Translations under genes and position numbers: made by a program | DNA from: Phaeovulum sp. | GTDB lineage: Bacteria; Pseudomonadota; Alphaproteobacteria; Rhodobacterales; Rhodobacteraceae | Assembly: GCF_030684035.1 (NCBI RefSeq) | Contig: NZ_JAUXPI010000030.1 | Location: 8,239 to 72,238 of the forward strand | Reading direction: 5' to 3' | DNA length: 64,000 nt | The notes under the pieces: generated by a model | The model's database searches: none | What the model was told of the DNA's origin: nothing | Seen by the model: only the letters and a program-made list of their open reading frames with translations | Shown here: one piece after another, positions 20,042-29,820 of the stretch | Layout: each line of letters opens with the position of its first letter | Position numbering within the stretch: the first letter of the stretch is position 1

Positions 20042-21064
20042 ATGCGCTCTCCCACGCCCGCCCCCACGCCGCGCAAGACCCCCACAACGCCAGAGCGGCC
20101 GCGCCGCTTCGTATTCCTCTTGCTCGACCGGTTCACCCTCATTGCCTTTGCCTCGGCGATCGAGCCGTTGCGGCTGGCAAATCAGGTGTCGGGCAAGCCG
20201 CTTTATGCCTGGGTGCTGGCCGGCGAGAACGGGCGCGAGGCGACCTGTTCGAACGGTGCCACGCTGCGGCTCGACATCGGGCTGACCGAGATTTTGCGCG
20301 ATGACACGGTGATCGTCTGCGGCGGGCTCGATGTGGCAGAAGCCACCTCGAAGCCGATCCTGAACTGGCTCAGGCGCGAGGCGCGGCGGGGTGTCGCCAT
20401 CGGCGGGCTTTGCACCGGGGCATGGGCGGTGGCGAAAGCCGGGCTGCTGGAAGGTCGCCGCGCCACCATCCACTGGGAGAATCAGGACAGTTTTTCGGAA
20501 GATTTCGAGGCGGTGCGGCTCTTGAAATCGGTCTTCGTGATCGACGGCAACCGCATGACCTCGGCGGGCGGCACCGCGTCGATCGACCTGATGCTGAAGG
20601 TCATTGCCCAGGACCACGGCGAGGAACTGGCCAATACCGTTGCCGACCAGCTCATCTACAACTCGATCCGCACCGATCAGGACAGCCAGCGGATGTCGAT
20701 CCCCACCCGAATCGGGGTGCGGCACCCGAAACTCGCACAAGTGATCGCCCGGATGGAGGCGAACCTGGAAGACCCGGTCAGCCCGGCGCAACTGGCGGAA
20801 GATGTGGGCATGTCCACCCGGCAGCTGGAACGGCTGTTCCGCCGCTATCTGAACCGCAGCCCAAAGCGCTACAACATGGAAATTCGCCTGCAAAAAGCGC
20901 GTAACCTGCTGATGCAGACCGAAATGAGCGTCATAAACGTGGCGCTTGCCTGCGGCTTTTCCAGCCCGTCGCATTTTTCCAAATGCTACCGCTCGCAATA
21001 TGCCACCACGCCTTACCGCGAACGCGGCACCTCGGGCGCGCCAAGCGAAACCGGCGGTATCTGA
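20042..21064 (+). CDS. GlxA-family transcriptional regulator (DJ-1/PfpI-like domain + AraC HTH)
   Basis: Track ORF 19823..21064 trimmed to ATG 20042 (MRSPTPAP...RFVFLLLDRFTLIAFASAIEPLRLAN). The C-terminal AraC HTH reads VALACGFSSPSHFSKCYR. Confidence 0.85.
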   Translation: MRSPTPAPTPRKTPTTPERPRRFVFLLLDRFTLIAFASAIEPLRLANQVSGKPLYAWVLAGENGREATCSNGATLRLDIGLTEILRDDTVIVCGGLDVAEATSKPILNWLRREARRGVAIGGLCTGAWAVAKAGLLEGRRATIHWENQDSFSEDFEAVRLLKSVFVIDGNRMTSAGGTASIDLMLKVIAQDHGEELANTVADQLIYNSIRTDQDSQRMSIPTRIGVRHPKLAQVIARMEANLEDPVSPAQLAEDVGMSTRQLERLFRRYLNRSPKRYNMEIRLQKARNLLMQTEMSVINVALACGFSSPSHFSKCYRSQYATTPYRERGTSGAPSETGGI

Positions 21065-21185
21065 GGCCCGCATTGCGCTTGGCGCGGCAAGCCGACGCAG
21101 GAAAAACCTACAGGGCACTTTTCTTTTTCGGATGAAGCCTCTAACGTCCCCGGTCAGGACAACGATCCAACCTGGGAGTGTACTC

Positions 21186-22370
21186 ATGAAGAAAATGCTT
21201 ATGGCAAGCGCCGCAATCGCGCTTGTTGCCGGTGCCGCCGGTGCCGAAGAAATCAAGATTGGCATTTCGGTCGGCTTCACCGGCCCGCTCGAATCGCTGG
21301 CACCGCAAATGGCACAGGGTGCCGAAATGGCGATGGCCGAAGTCACCGCTTCGGGCCTGCTGCTGGGCGGCTCGACCGTGGTTCCGGTGCGCGGCGACAG
21401 CACCTGCATTGACGCGGCGGTTGCCACCGCGACCGTCGAGCGGCTGATCACTGCCGAGCGTGTGCGCGGCATCGTCGGCGGCATGTGCTCGGGTGAAACC
21501 ACCGCCAGCCTGCAAAACGTCGCCATGCCCAACGGCATCGTGATGATCTCGCCCTCGGCCACCTCGCCCGCGCTCTCGACGCTGGAAGACAACGGCCTGT
21601 TCTTCCGCACCTCGCCGTCGGATGCCCGCCAGGGCGTGGTGATGACCGAGATCATGATGGAGCGCGGCCTGAAATCCGCCGCCGTCACCTATACCAACAA
21701 CGACTACGGCAAGGGTCTGGCCGACAGTTTCGCGGCGGCCTATACCGCCGCGGGCGGCAAGGTGACGATCATCCAGGCACATGACGACGGCAAGGCCGAC
21801 TATTCGGCCGAAGTCGCGGCGCTGGCCTCGGCGGGCGGCGATGTTCTGGTGGTCGCGGGCTATATCGACCAGGGCGGCGCGGGGATCATCCGTGGCGCGC
21901 TCGATGCCGGTGCCTTCGATCTCTTCAACTTCCCCGACGGGATGGTGAGCCAGGCGCTTGAAGACAAGTTCGCTGCCGAAGTCACCGGCTCGTTCGGGCA
22001 GAACCCGGCAGCGGCAGGCGCTGGCCGCGACGCTTTCGTGGCCATGGCCACGGCGGCGGGCTTTGACGGCACCTCGGCCTTTGCGCCCGAGTCCTACGAC
22101 GCGGCGGCGCTGATCATGCTGGCGATGGCCGCAGCCGGTTCCTCCGATCCGGCGGCCTACAAGGGCAAGGTGATGGATGTGGCCAACGCCCCGGGCGAGC
22201 CGATCCTGCCGGGCGAGCTTGCCAAGGCACTGCAGATTCTCGCGGCGGGTGGCGATGTCGATTATGTCGGTGCCACCGCGGTCGAGTTGATCGGACCCGG
22301 CGAAAGCTCTGGCTCGTATCGTGAGATCGAGTTCCAGGGCGGCAAGATGAATGTGTTGCGGTACCGCTAA
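21186..22370 (+). CDS. ABC transporter substrate-binding protein (Leu/Ile/Val-binding, type I PBP family)
   Basis: Track ORF trimmed to MKKMLMASAAIALVAGAAGAEEIKIG (signal peptide). GGGAG lies 7 nt upstream. The overall LivK-like pattern is present. Confidence 0.9.
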   Translation: MKKMLMASAAIALVAGAAGAEEIKIGISVGFTGPLESLAPQMAQGAEMAMAEVTASGLLLGGSTVVPVRGDSTCIDAAVATATVERLITAERVRGIVGGMCSGETTASLQNVAMPNGIVMISPSATSPALSTLEDNGLFFRTSPSDARQGVVMTEIMMERGLKSAAVTYTNNDYGKGLADSFAAAYTAAGGKVTIIQAHDDGKADYSAEVAALASAGGDVLVVAGYIDQGGAGIIRGALDAGAFDLFNFPDGMVSQALEDKFAAEVTGSFGQNPAAAGAGRDAFVAMATAAGFDGTSAFAPESYDAAALIMLAMAAAGSSDPAAYKGKVMDVANAPGEPILPGELAKALQILAAGGDVDYVGATAVELIGPGESSGSYREIEFQGGKMNVLRYR

Positions 22371-22390
22371 GGGCGGCTGACCGAACCAGC

Positions 22391-22416
22391 AACAGCCCGG
22401 AGAAATCCGGGCTGTT
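22391..22416 (+). terminator. Intra-operon stem-loop (10-bp stem AACAGCCCGG/CCGGGCTGTT, 6-nt loop) followed by TGCTT
   Basis: Read directly from the sequence, 21 nt after the binding-protein stop. It is a typical attenuator position between an SBP gene and the downstream ABC genes. Confidence 0.5.
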
Positions 22417-22417
22417 T

Positions 22418-22432
22418 GCTTGATAATCAAGC
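22418..22432. promoter_or_regulatory. 15-nt perfect palindrome GCTTGAT-A-ATCAAGC
   Basis: Read directly from the sequence, immediately after the stem-loop. The 1-nt centre is too small for a hairpin loop, so a protein-binding site is more likely. Confidence 0.35.
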
Positions 22433-22477
22433 CCTTGAAGGGCACCCTTCGTGCAAAGCATGAAGATCGGGGGATGC

Positions 22478-23263
22478 ATGATCCAGGTTGAGAACCTGCA
22501 CAAGCATTTTGGCGGCTTTCGCGCTGTCGATGATGTGTCCATCTCAATTGCACAGCGCTCCATCACCGGCCTGATCGGCCCGAACGGCGCTGGCAAATCT
22601 ACTTTGTTCAATGTGATAGCTGGCGTTCTCAAACCAACGTCCGGGCGCGTCCTGATGGCGGGTGAAGACATTACCGGCCTGCCGCCGCACGCGCTTTTTG
22701 AACGGGGCCTGTTGCGCACCTTCCAGATTGCGCAGGAGTTTTCCTCGATGACCGTGCGCGAGAACCTGATGATGGTTCCCGGTTCGCAAGCGGGTGAAAC
22801 GCTCTGGAACGCCTGGTTTGCCCGCGCCCGCATCCGCGCGGAGGAGGCGGCGCTGCGCGCCAAGGCCGATGAGGTGCTCGAGTTTCTCACCATTTCGCAT
22901 CTGGCCGGGGAAAAGGCGGGCAACCTTTCCGGCGGGCAGAAAAAGCTGCTGGAGCTTGGCCGCACGATGATGGTCGAGGCGAAGATCGTATTTCTCGACG
23001 AGGTCGGGGCGGGGGTGAACCGAACGCTTCTCAATACCATCGGCGACGCGATCGTGCGGCTGAACCGCGAGCGCGGCTATACCTTCTGCGTGATCGAGCA
23101 CGACATGGACTTTATCGCCCGGCTTTGTGACCCGGTGATCGTGATGGCCGAGGGGCATGTGCTGGCGCACGGCAAATCCGACGAGATCATGCAAAACGAG
23201 GCGGTGATCGAGGCCTATCTGGGCACCGGGCTGAAGAACAAGGTGCGGGAGGGGCTGGCATGA
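22478..23263 (+). CDS. ABC transporter ATP-binding protein (LivG-like)
   Basis: Walker A GPNGAGKST, signature LSGGQKKLLEL, Walker B IVFLDEV. The start was chosen at MIQVENLHKHF; alternatives at 22451 and 22460 are possible. Confidence 0.85.
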   Translation: MIQVENLHKHFGGFRAVDDVSISIAQRSITGLIGPNGAGKSTLFNVIAGVLKPTSGRVLMAGEDITGLPPHALFERGLLRTFQIAQEFSSMTVRENLMMVPGSQAGETLWNAWFARARIRAEEAALRAKADEVLEFLTISHLAGEKAGNLSGGQKKLLELGRTMMVEAKIVFLDEVGAGVNRTLLNTIGDAIVRLNRERGYTFCVIEHDMDFIARLCDPVIVMAEGHVLAHGKSDEIMQNEAVIEAYLGTGLKNKVREGLA

Positions 23264-23964
23264 GCTTCCTTCTCGCCGAGAACATGACCGGCGGCTATGG
23301 CGCTGCCGACATTTTGCACGGCTGCACGCTCCGCGTCGAAAAAGGCCAGATCGCGGTGATCGTCGGCCCCAACGGTGCCGGCAAATCGACCGCGATGAAG
23401 GCGGTTTTCGGCATGCTGAAGCTGCGCGGGGGCCATGTAACCCTTGAGGGCGAAGACATTACCCAGCTTTCGCCGCAGGCGCGGGTGGCCAAGGGCATGG
23501 CATTCGTGCCGCAAACCTCGAACGTGTTCCCGTCGATGAGTGTAGAGGAAAACCTTGAAATGGGTGCTTTCCTGCGCCGCGACAACGTCGCCGCGACGAT
23601 GGAGCAGGTTTATACCCTGTTCCCGATCCTCAGGGACAAGCGGCGTCAGGCGGCGGGGGAACTGAGCGGCGGACAGCGCCAGCAGGTGGCGGTGGGCCGC
23701 GCGCTGATGACCGAGCCGAAGCTTCTGATGCTTGATGAGCCGACCGCAGGCGTGTCGCCCATTGTCATGGACGAGCTTTTTGACCGCATCATCGAGGTGG
23801 CGCGCAGCGGTATCTCGATTCTGATGGTCGAGCAGAACGCGCGCCAGGCGCTTGGCATCGCCGACATGGGCTATGTGCTGGTGCAAGGCTCGAACCGCTA
23901 CACCGACACCGGGGCGGCGCTGCTGGCCGACCCCGATGTGCGCCGCACCTTTCTGGGGGGCTGA
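23260..23964 (+). CDS. ABC transporter ATP-binding protein (LivF-like)
   Basis: GPNGAGKST, LSGGQRQQVAVGRAL, LLMLDEP. It overlaps the upstream gene by 4 nt. Confidence 0.9.
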   Translation: MSFLLAENMTGGYGAADILHGCTLRVEKGQIAVIVGPNGAGKSTAMKAVFGMLKLRGGHVTLEGEDITQLSPQARVAKGMAFVPQTSNVFPSMSVEENLEMGAFLRRDNVAATMEQVYTLFPILRDKRRQAAGELSGGQRQQVAVGRALMTEPKLLMLDEPTAGVSPIVMDELFDRIIEVARSGISILMVEQNARQALGIADMGYVLVQGSNRYTDTGAALLADPDVRRTFLGG

Positions 23965-23965
23965 G

Positions 23966-24976
23966 ATGGACTTTCTCAATGCCATCGTGGCGATGCTCAA
24001 TTTCGTCATCATCCCGGCCTCGGCTTATGGCGCGCAATTGGCGCTTGGCGCGCTTGGGGTAACGCTGATCTACGGCATACTGCGGTTTTCCAACTTCGCG
24101 CATGGCGACACCATGGCGTTTGGCACCGCGATGACGATACTCGGCACCTGGGGGTTGCAGTCGCTCGGGGTTTCAATCTCGCCGCTGCCGACCGCGCTTC
24201 TGGCGCTGCCTTTCGGCATTGCCGCCACGGCCGCGCTGGTGCTTGGCACCGACCGCGCCGTCTATCGCTTTTACCGCAAGAAGAAATCCGACCCGATCAT
24301 TCTGGTGATGGCCTCGGTGGGTGTGATGTTCATCATGAACGGCGTTACCCGGTTCGTGATCGGTGTGGGTGAGATCCAGTTTGACGATGGCGTGCGCTTT
24401 GTCATCAACGCGCGCGAGTTCCGGGCGGCAACCGGGCTGGCCGAAGGGCTGGCGCTGCGTTCGACCCAGGTCATCACCCTGGTTACCGCCGTGCTCGTGG
24501 TCTGGGCGCTCTTCTGGTTTCTGGGCCGCACCCGCACCGGCAAATCGATGCGCGCGTTTTCCGACAACGAAGACCTCGCGCTCCTCTCGGGCATCAACCC
24601 CGAACGGGTGGTTGCGGTGACCTGGATCCTTGCGGCGGCGCTGGCGACCATTGCCGGAACCCTGTTTGGCCTCGATAAAAGCTTCAAGGCCTTCAACTAT
24701 TTCCAGCTTCTCCTGCCGATCTTCGCGGCGGCGATTGTCGGCGGCCTCGGCAACCCGCTTGGGGCGATTGCCGGAGGCTTCGTGATCGCGTTTTCCGAGG
24801 TTGCGGTAACTTATGATTTTCGCAAGGTGCTCGGCTATCTCATTCCCGGCGACTGGACGCCGAGCGGGCCGATCCAGCTTTTGTCAACCGAATACAAGTT
24901 CGCGGTCAGCTTCGCGATCCTGATCATCGTGCTGCTGTTCCGGCCGACAGGCATATTCAAGGGGAAATCGGTATGA
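23966..24976 (+). CDS. Branched-chain-amino-acid-type ABC permease (LivH-like)
   Basis: Track ORF trimmed to ATG 23966 (MDFLNAIVAMLNFVII...), 1 nt after the upstream stop. It is a polytopic hydrophobic protein. Confidence 0.9.
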   Translation: MDFLNAIVAMLNFVIIPASAYGAQLALGALGVTLIYGILRFSNFAHGDTMAFGTAMTILGTWGLQSLGVSISPLPTALLALPFGIAATAALVLGTDRAVYRFYRKKKSDPIILVMASVGVMFIMNGVTRFVIGVGEIQFDDGVRFVINAREFRAATGLAEGLALRSTQVITLVTAVLVVWALFWFLGRTRTGKSMRAFSDNEDLALLSGINPERVVAVTWILAAALATIAGTLFGLDKSFKAFNYFQLLLPIFAAAIVGGLGNPLGAIAGGFVIAFSEVAVTYDFRKVLGYLIPGDWTPSGPIQLLSTEYKFAVSFAILIIVLLFRPTGIFKGKSV

Positions 24977-26301
24977 CCCTGAACCCGCGCAATCTGGTGC
25001 TTTTTGGCGGCATGGCGCTTTTGCTGGTGCTCGAGGGCGCTGTCACCAAGAACGCAATCTTTTCGGGCAGCTGGGATTTTTCGCTGCGCATTCTCAACAT
25101 GGGGCTGATTTCGGCGGTGCTGGCGCTCGGGGTCAACATGCAATGGGGCTACGCGGGGCTGTTCAACTCGGGCGTGGTGGGCTTTGTCGCGATTGGCGGG
25201 CTTGCCCCGGTGCTGGTGGCGATGCCACCAAACCCGGGGGCTTTCACGGCGGGCGGGACGGGGCTGATTCTGGCGTTTGCGATGGCTGCGGCAACGGTCT
25301 GGGCAGCAATCGCGGTCAACCGCCGCGCCCGCCTGCAAGTGCGGGTCATTGCCATTCCGCTGATCCTGATCGGCGGCTTTTTCCTCTACCGCGCGATCTT
25401 TGACCCGGCATCCGTGGCCATCGAGGCGGTGAACCCCTCGGGCGCGGGCAACCTTGGCGGGCTTGGCCTGCCGATCGTGCTTGCCTGGCCGCTGGGCGCG
25501 GTCTTTGCCGCCGGTGCCGCCTGGGTGGTGGGCAAAACGGCGCTTGGGCTGCGCTCTGATTACCTCGCCATCGCCACGCTCGGTATTGGTGAAATCATCG
25601 TTTCGGTGCTGCGCAACGAAGATTGGCTGGCGCGCGGTGTCAAGAACATCAACGGCCTGCCCCGGCCCTGGCCAGTACCGCGCGAGATCGAGTTGCAGAC
25701 CAGCGCGAGTTTTGTCGAACGCGCCGCAGCGCTCGGGCTCGACCCGGTAACCGCCTCGACGCTGACGGTGAAGCTGCTTTACTCCGGTCTGTTCCTGATC
25801 GTGCTGTTGCTGCTCATCTGGCTTACACAAATGGCGCTCACATCGCCCTGGGGCCGGATGATGCGCGCCATCCGCGACAACGAAACCGCGGCGGCGGCGA
25901 TGGGCAAGAACGTGACCCGCCGCCATTTGCAAATCTTCGTTCTCGGCTCGGCGGTCTGCGGCCTTGCGGGGGCGATGATGATAACGCTCGACGGGCAGAT
26001 GACGCCGGGCAGCTACAACCCGCTGCGCTATACCTTCCTGATCTGGGTGATGGTGATTGTCGGAGGGTCCGGCAACAACTGGGGTTCGGTGCTCGGCGGG
26101 ATGCTGATCTATTTCCTCTGGATCAAGGCCGAAACCTGGGGGCTGGAGCTGATGCGCTTCGTCACCTCGGGGCTGGCGGATGGCTCGGGGTTGAAGGTGC
26201 ACCTGCTCGCCTCGGCCGAACAGATGCGGCTTTTGACCATGGGGCTGATTCTGCTTTTGGTGCTGCGCTTCAGTCCACGCGGCCTGATACCCGAGAAATA
26301 G
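24973..26301 (+). CDS. Branched-chain-amino-acid-type ABC permease (LivM-like)
   Basis: 442 aa polytopic membrane protein with a 4-nt overlap with the previous permease. Confidence 0.9.
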   Translation: MTLNPRNLVLFGGMALLLVLEGAVTKNAIFSGSWDFSLRILNMGLISAVLALGVNMQWGYAGLFNSGVVGFVAIGGLAPVLVAMPPNPGAFTAGGTGLILAFAMAAATVWAAIAVNRRARLQVRVIAIPLILIGGFFLYRAIFDPASVAIEAVNPSGAGNLGGLGLPIVLAWPLGAVFAAGAAWVVGKTALGLRSDYLAIATLGIGEIIVSVLRNEDWLARGVKNINGLPRPWPVPREIELQTSASFVERAAALGLDPVTASTLTVKLLYSGLFLIVLLLLIWLTQMALTSPWGRMMRAIRDNETAAAAMGKNVTRRHLQIFVLGSAVCGLAGAMMITLDGQMTPGSYNPLRYTFLIWVMVIVGGSGNNWGSVLGGMLIYFLWIKAETWGLELMRFVTSGLADGSGLKVHLLASAEQMRLLTMGLILLLVLRFSPRGLIPEK

Positions 26302-26307
26302 CGGCGG

Positions 26308-27417
26308 TCAGCGCGCGGCCAATGCAGTGACCAGAAGCCCGCGCAGCACATCGGCGGGCACATCCGCGCTGACAAAGGCCTCGCCGATGCCGCGCGCCAG
26401 AATGAAGCGCAACTGTCCGTCGCGCACCTTCTTGTCTTGCGCCATCAGCGCCATCAGCGCATCGGGCCCCGGTAGATCGCCCGCGATATCGGCAAGGTCC
26501 ACCTTCATGCCCATCGCCCGAAGATGCGCGCGCACCCGGCTCGGCACTTCCTGGCTGCAGAGGCCAAGCCGCTGGCTGAGCTCGAACGCCAGCGCGCAAC
26601 CGATTGCCACCCCCTCGCCATGCAACAGCCGCGCCGAATAGCCGGTGGCGGATTCAAGCGCGTGGCCAAAGGTATGGCCAAGGTTCAACAGCGCCCTTTC
26701 GCCCTCTTCGGTCTCGTCGCGGGCAACGATTGCGGCCTTCATCTCAACCGACCGTGTCACCGCCCTGGCACGCACGGCGGTATCGCCTGCGGCAAGCGCT
26801 GGCCCATGCCGCTCCAGCCATTCGAAAAACCGTGCATCGCCCAGAAGCCCGTATTTCACCACCTCGCCATAGCCCGCCAGCAGATCGCGCGGCGGCAAGG
26901 TGGCGAGCAGATCAATATCGGCCAGCACCAGGCTGGGCTGGTGAAAGGCACCGATCAGGTTCTTGCCATGGGCCGAGTTGATCCCGGTCTTGCCGCCAAC
27001 CGAGCTGTCCACCTGCGCCAGAAGCGTGGTCGGTATCTGCACAAAGCGCACGCCACGGCGCAGTACCGCCGCGGCGAAGCCCGCGAGATCGCCTATCACC
27101 CCGCCGCCAAAGGCCACCACCAGATCCGACCGCTCGATCCGCTCGGCAAGCAGCCATTCGACGGTGCGGGTGAGTTGCGGCCAGCCCTTGGTGGCCTCGC
27201 CCGCAGGCAGCGCCAGCGCGGTCATGGCGACCCCGCCAAGCCCCTCGCGGAGCCGGTCAAGGTGCAGCGCCGCCACGGTTTCGTCGGTAATCACCGCCAC
27301 CCTGGGGCGGCGCAGAAGCGGCGCGATTTCGGCACCCGCGCGCGCCAGCAGACCGGCACCGATGCGCACCTCATAGGCGCGCGCGCCCAATTCCACCCTG
27401 ACCTGCTCCACGCTCAC
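26308..27417 (-). CDS. aroB: 3-dehydroquinate synthase
   Basis: 369 aa with GGGVIGDLAGFAAA, the metal-binding segment LNLGHTFGHALE, and a GTGA overlap with aroK. Confidence 0.95.
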   Translation of the reverse strand: MSVEQVRVELGARAYEVRIGAGLLARAGAEIAPLLRRPRVAVITDETVAALHLDRLREGLGGVAMTALALPAGEATKGWPQLTRTVEWLLAERIERSDLVVAFGGGVIGDLAGFAAAVLRRGVRFVQIPTTLLAQVDSSVGGKTGINSAHGKNLIGAFHQPSLVLADIDLLATLPPRDLLAGYGEVVKYGLLGDARFFEWLERHGPALAAGDTAVRARAVTRSVEMKAAIVARDETEEGERALLNLGHTFGHALESATGYSARLLHGEGVAIGCALAFELSQRLGLCSQEVPSRVRAHLRAMGMKVDLADIAGDLPGPDALMALMAQDKKVRDGQLRFILARGIGEAFVSADVPADVLRGLLVTALAAR

Positions 27418-27983
27418 GCCCCCTGCCCTGCGAAAACCCCCGGCGTTGCCTGCAGCGCCGCCTGCACCTTGCGCGCCATGCCGCCAACGCTCAACCCCGG
27501 CTCGGCATCAACCACAACCTGCGCCAGCGCGTAAACCGGTGCCCGTGTTGCCAGCAGTGCCCGCAATGTGCCCAGCGGATCAGCGGTGCGCAGTAGCGGC
27601 CGGGTGGATTTGGCACGCACCCGCTGCCAGAGCAGATCGAGGTCGGCCTTGAGCCAGACCGAAGCCCCCCTCTCGGCGATCATTGCGCGGTTCGACTCGG
27701 ACATGAAGGCACCGCCGCCGGTCGAGAGAATTGCAGGCGGGCCGACCAGCAGACGCGCCAGCACCTCTGATTCGCGGGCGCGGAAAAACGGCTCGCCGTC
27801 GCGCGCAAAAATTTCGGAAATCGAGCGGTTCGCGGCGCGCTCGATCTCGGTGTCGCTATCGAGAAAGCCAACGCGCAGCAGCCGCGCAAGCTGGGTGCCC
27901 ACGGCAGTCTTGCCCGCACCCATCATGCCCACCAGCACCACCGGGCGGATGAGTTTGGGCGGTCCTGCCGCAGCCTTTGGCAT
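27414..27983 (-). CDS. aroK: Shikimate kinase
   Basis: Track ORF 27414..28406 trimmed to MPKAAAGPPKLIRPVVLVGMMGAGKTAVG (P-loop). A GGAAGGAAAGG RBS lies directly upstream. Confidence 0.9.
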   Translation of the reverse strand: MPKAAAGPPKLIRPVVLVGMMGAGKTAVGTQLARLLRVGFLDSDTEIERAANRSISEIFARDGEPFFRARESEVLARLLVGPPAILSTGGGAFMSESNRAMIAERGASVWLKADLDLLWQRVRAKSTRPLLRTADPLGTLRALLATRAPVYALAQVVVDAEPGLSVGGMARKVQAALQATPGVFAGQGA

Positions 27984-28073
27984 GCCTTTCCTTCCGTCTG
28001 GCACGGGCGCGAGCGGCGGCGCTCCGCACACCGGCAAATGTCCGGCCCTGAATGGCGTGATCTTCGGAAAAAT

Positions 28074-28087
28074 GCTATATATAATCG
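28074..28087. promoter_or_regulatory. AT-rich TATATATAAT box in the aroK / small-ORF divergent region (candidate -10 element)
   Basis: GCTATATATAATCG stands out in GC-rich DNA. TATAAT at 28080-28085 lies 49 nt upstream of ATG 28134. The -35 (GTGATC) is weak. Confidence 0.3.
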
Positions 28088-28133
28088 CCGGGCTGCGCCG
28101 CGTGGCGGGCGGGACAAATGCAAAGGGCAGGCA

Positions 28134-28271
28134 ATGGTGCGCATTCTGAAGCTGGTCGTGGTGTTGGTGGTGCTGTCGCTTGCGGGACTGGCGGGCTATG
28201 CCTATTTCGGCGACATGGCCGCACCGCCGCAAGAGGTACGCAACCCGGTCGATCTGAATGCCACTTACTGA
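28134..28271 (+). CDS. Small single-pass membrane protein (45 aa)
   Basis: MVRILKLVVVLVVLSLAGLAGYAYFGD... has a strongly hydrophobic N-terminus and AGGG upstream. It overlaps the next gene by 14 nt. There is no family assignment. Confidence 0.4.
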   Translation: MVRILKLVVVLVVLSLAGLAGYAYFGDMAAPPQEVRNPVDLNATY

Positions 28272-29820
28272 TTTCCTTCGGGGTGGTCTGGCGGTGGCGC
28301 TGTCGCTGATCGCCACAAATGCAGTGGCGCAGGAGCCATTATCGGCGATCGACTGGCTCAGCCGCTCGGTCGTGGTGCCGCCGCAGGTTGGCGGCGCGCC
28401 GGTCAACCCGATCCTGCCCGAGCCGCCGGTCAGTCATGCGGTGGTGCTCGGTGCGGTCGAGACGGTGGCGCTCGGACCGTTCAACCCGCAGGCACCGGGG
28501 CTGATTTCACCGCTGCGCAGCGGTCTGCCGCGCGGGCTCTGGGGGGCGACACCCGAGGCCGAGCTTTCCACGCTTTTGCGCCGCGAGCGCACCGATACAC
28601 TGCCGGCGCTGCTCAACCTTCTGCGGCTGGTGATGCTGGCAGAGCTTGACGCGCCGCGGGTGACGGCGGCGGGTGACGGCTCGCTCTTGCTGGCGCGGGT
28701 CGATGGCCTGCTGGCGATGGGCGCGCTCGAGCCTGCCTATGCGCTTCTGCAAATGGCAGGGGCTGGCAAGCCCGAGCATTTCCGCCGCCTGTTCGATATC
28801 GCGCTGCTCTTGGGCGAGGAAGACCGTGCCTGCGGGATCTTGCGCGCAACACCCGAGGTATCGCCTTCCTATCCGGTGCAGATTTTCTGCCTCGCGCGCG
28901 GCGGCGACTGGGCGGCTGCGGTGCTCAGCTTTCAGGCCGCGCGCGCGCTTGGGCTGCTCGATCCGGAAATGGCGGCGCTTGTCGAAAGGTTTCTCGACCC
29001 CGAGGCGGAGGACGGTGCTGATGACCTTGCGGCCCCGGACCGGGTCTCGCCGCTGGTCTTTCGGCTGCTCGAAGCAGTCGGCCAGCCGCTGCCCACGGCG
29101 TCGCTGCCGCTTGCCTTTGCACAAGCCGACCTGCGCGCCAACACCGGCTGGAAGGCCCGCATCGAGGCGGGAGAACGGCTGGCGCGCATGGGCTCGGTCG
29201 AGGCCAACCAGTTGCTTGGGCTTTACACCGAACAAAGCGCCGCCGCCTCGGGCGGTGTCTGGGACCGCGCCGCCGCCATGGCGCGACTGGATGCGGGCAT
29301 CACGGCGCGCAATGTCGATGCGGTGGCTGCGGTCTTGCCGGCAACGCAGGCGCTGATGGCGGCGGCGGGGCTTGAAAGTCACCTCGCCACGCTTTTCGCG
29401 CGCGCGCTTGCCACCATGCCGGTCGAGGGCGATGCAGCGACCATTGCATTTCGGCTGGGCATGCTGGCCGATGATTTTGAGGCCATCGCGGCGCAGCACA
29501 CGCCGCAAAATGCGGTTGAGCGGCTGCTGCTGGGCGTTTCCAAGGGCGACACCGCCGGGCTGGTGGCACCGAATGTGCGCGCGGTGGCGGTGAAATCGGC
29601 GTTCGATACGCGCAGCGAACTTGTCGAACCCTATGCGGGCCTTGTGGCCACCGATCGGCAGGGCGAGGCGCTGTTGCTGGCGATCGAGGCGCTAAGCGGC
29701 GGCGCGCGCGGCGATCTGCGGCAGGTGGGCGCGGCGCTGACGCTGCTGCGCCAGCTCGGGCTTGAAACCGCGGCGCGGAGGGTGGCGCTGGAACTGCTGC
29801 TGCTGGAGCCGCGCGCGTGA
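28258..29820 (+). CDS. Secreted Ala/Leu-rich protein of unknown function (520 aa)
   Basis: It has a signal peptide, MPLTDFLRGGLAVALSLIATNAVA|QEP. The body is helical-looking and Ala/Leu-rich, with no motif I recognise. Its stop overlaps the xerD GTG start. Confidence 0.65.
   Translation: MPLTDFLRGGLAVALSLIATNAVAQEPLSAIDWLSRSVVVPPQVGGAPVNPILPEPPVSHAVVLGAVETVALGPFNPQAPGLISPLRSGLPRGLWGATPEAELSTLLRRERTDTLPALLNLLRLVMLAELDAPRVTAAGDGSLLLARVDGLLAMGALEPAYALLQMAGAGKPEHFRRLFDIALLLGEEDRACGILRATPEVSPSYPVQIFCLARGGDWAAAVLSFQAARALGLLDPEMAALVERFLDPEAEDGADDLAAPDRVSPLVFRLLEAVGQPLPTASLPLAFAQADLRANTGWKARIEAGERLARMGSVEANQLLGLYTEQSAAASGGVWDRAAAMARLDAGITARNVDAVAAVLPATQALMAAAGLESHLATLFARALATMPVEGDAATIAFRLGMLADDFEAIAAQHTPQNAVERLLLGVSKGDTAGLVAPNVRAVAVKSAFDTRSELVEPYAGLVATDRQGEALLLAIEALSGGARGDLRQVGAALTLLRQLGLETAARRVALELLLLEPRA

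Noticed and set aside
19283-21688. 801-aa minus-strand ORF spanning the DAHP synthase start, the GlxA regulator and the binding-protein gene.
   Set aside because: It crosses three well-supported genes and an intergenic region and has an Arg/Ala/Pro-rich low-complexity translation. It is a high-GC artefact.
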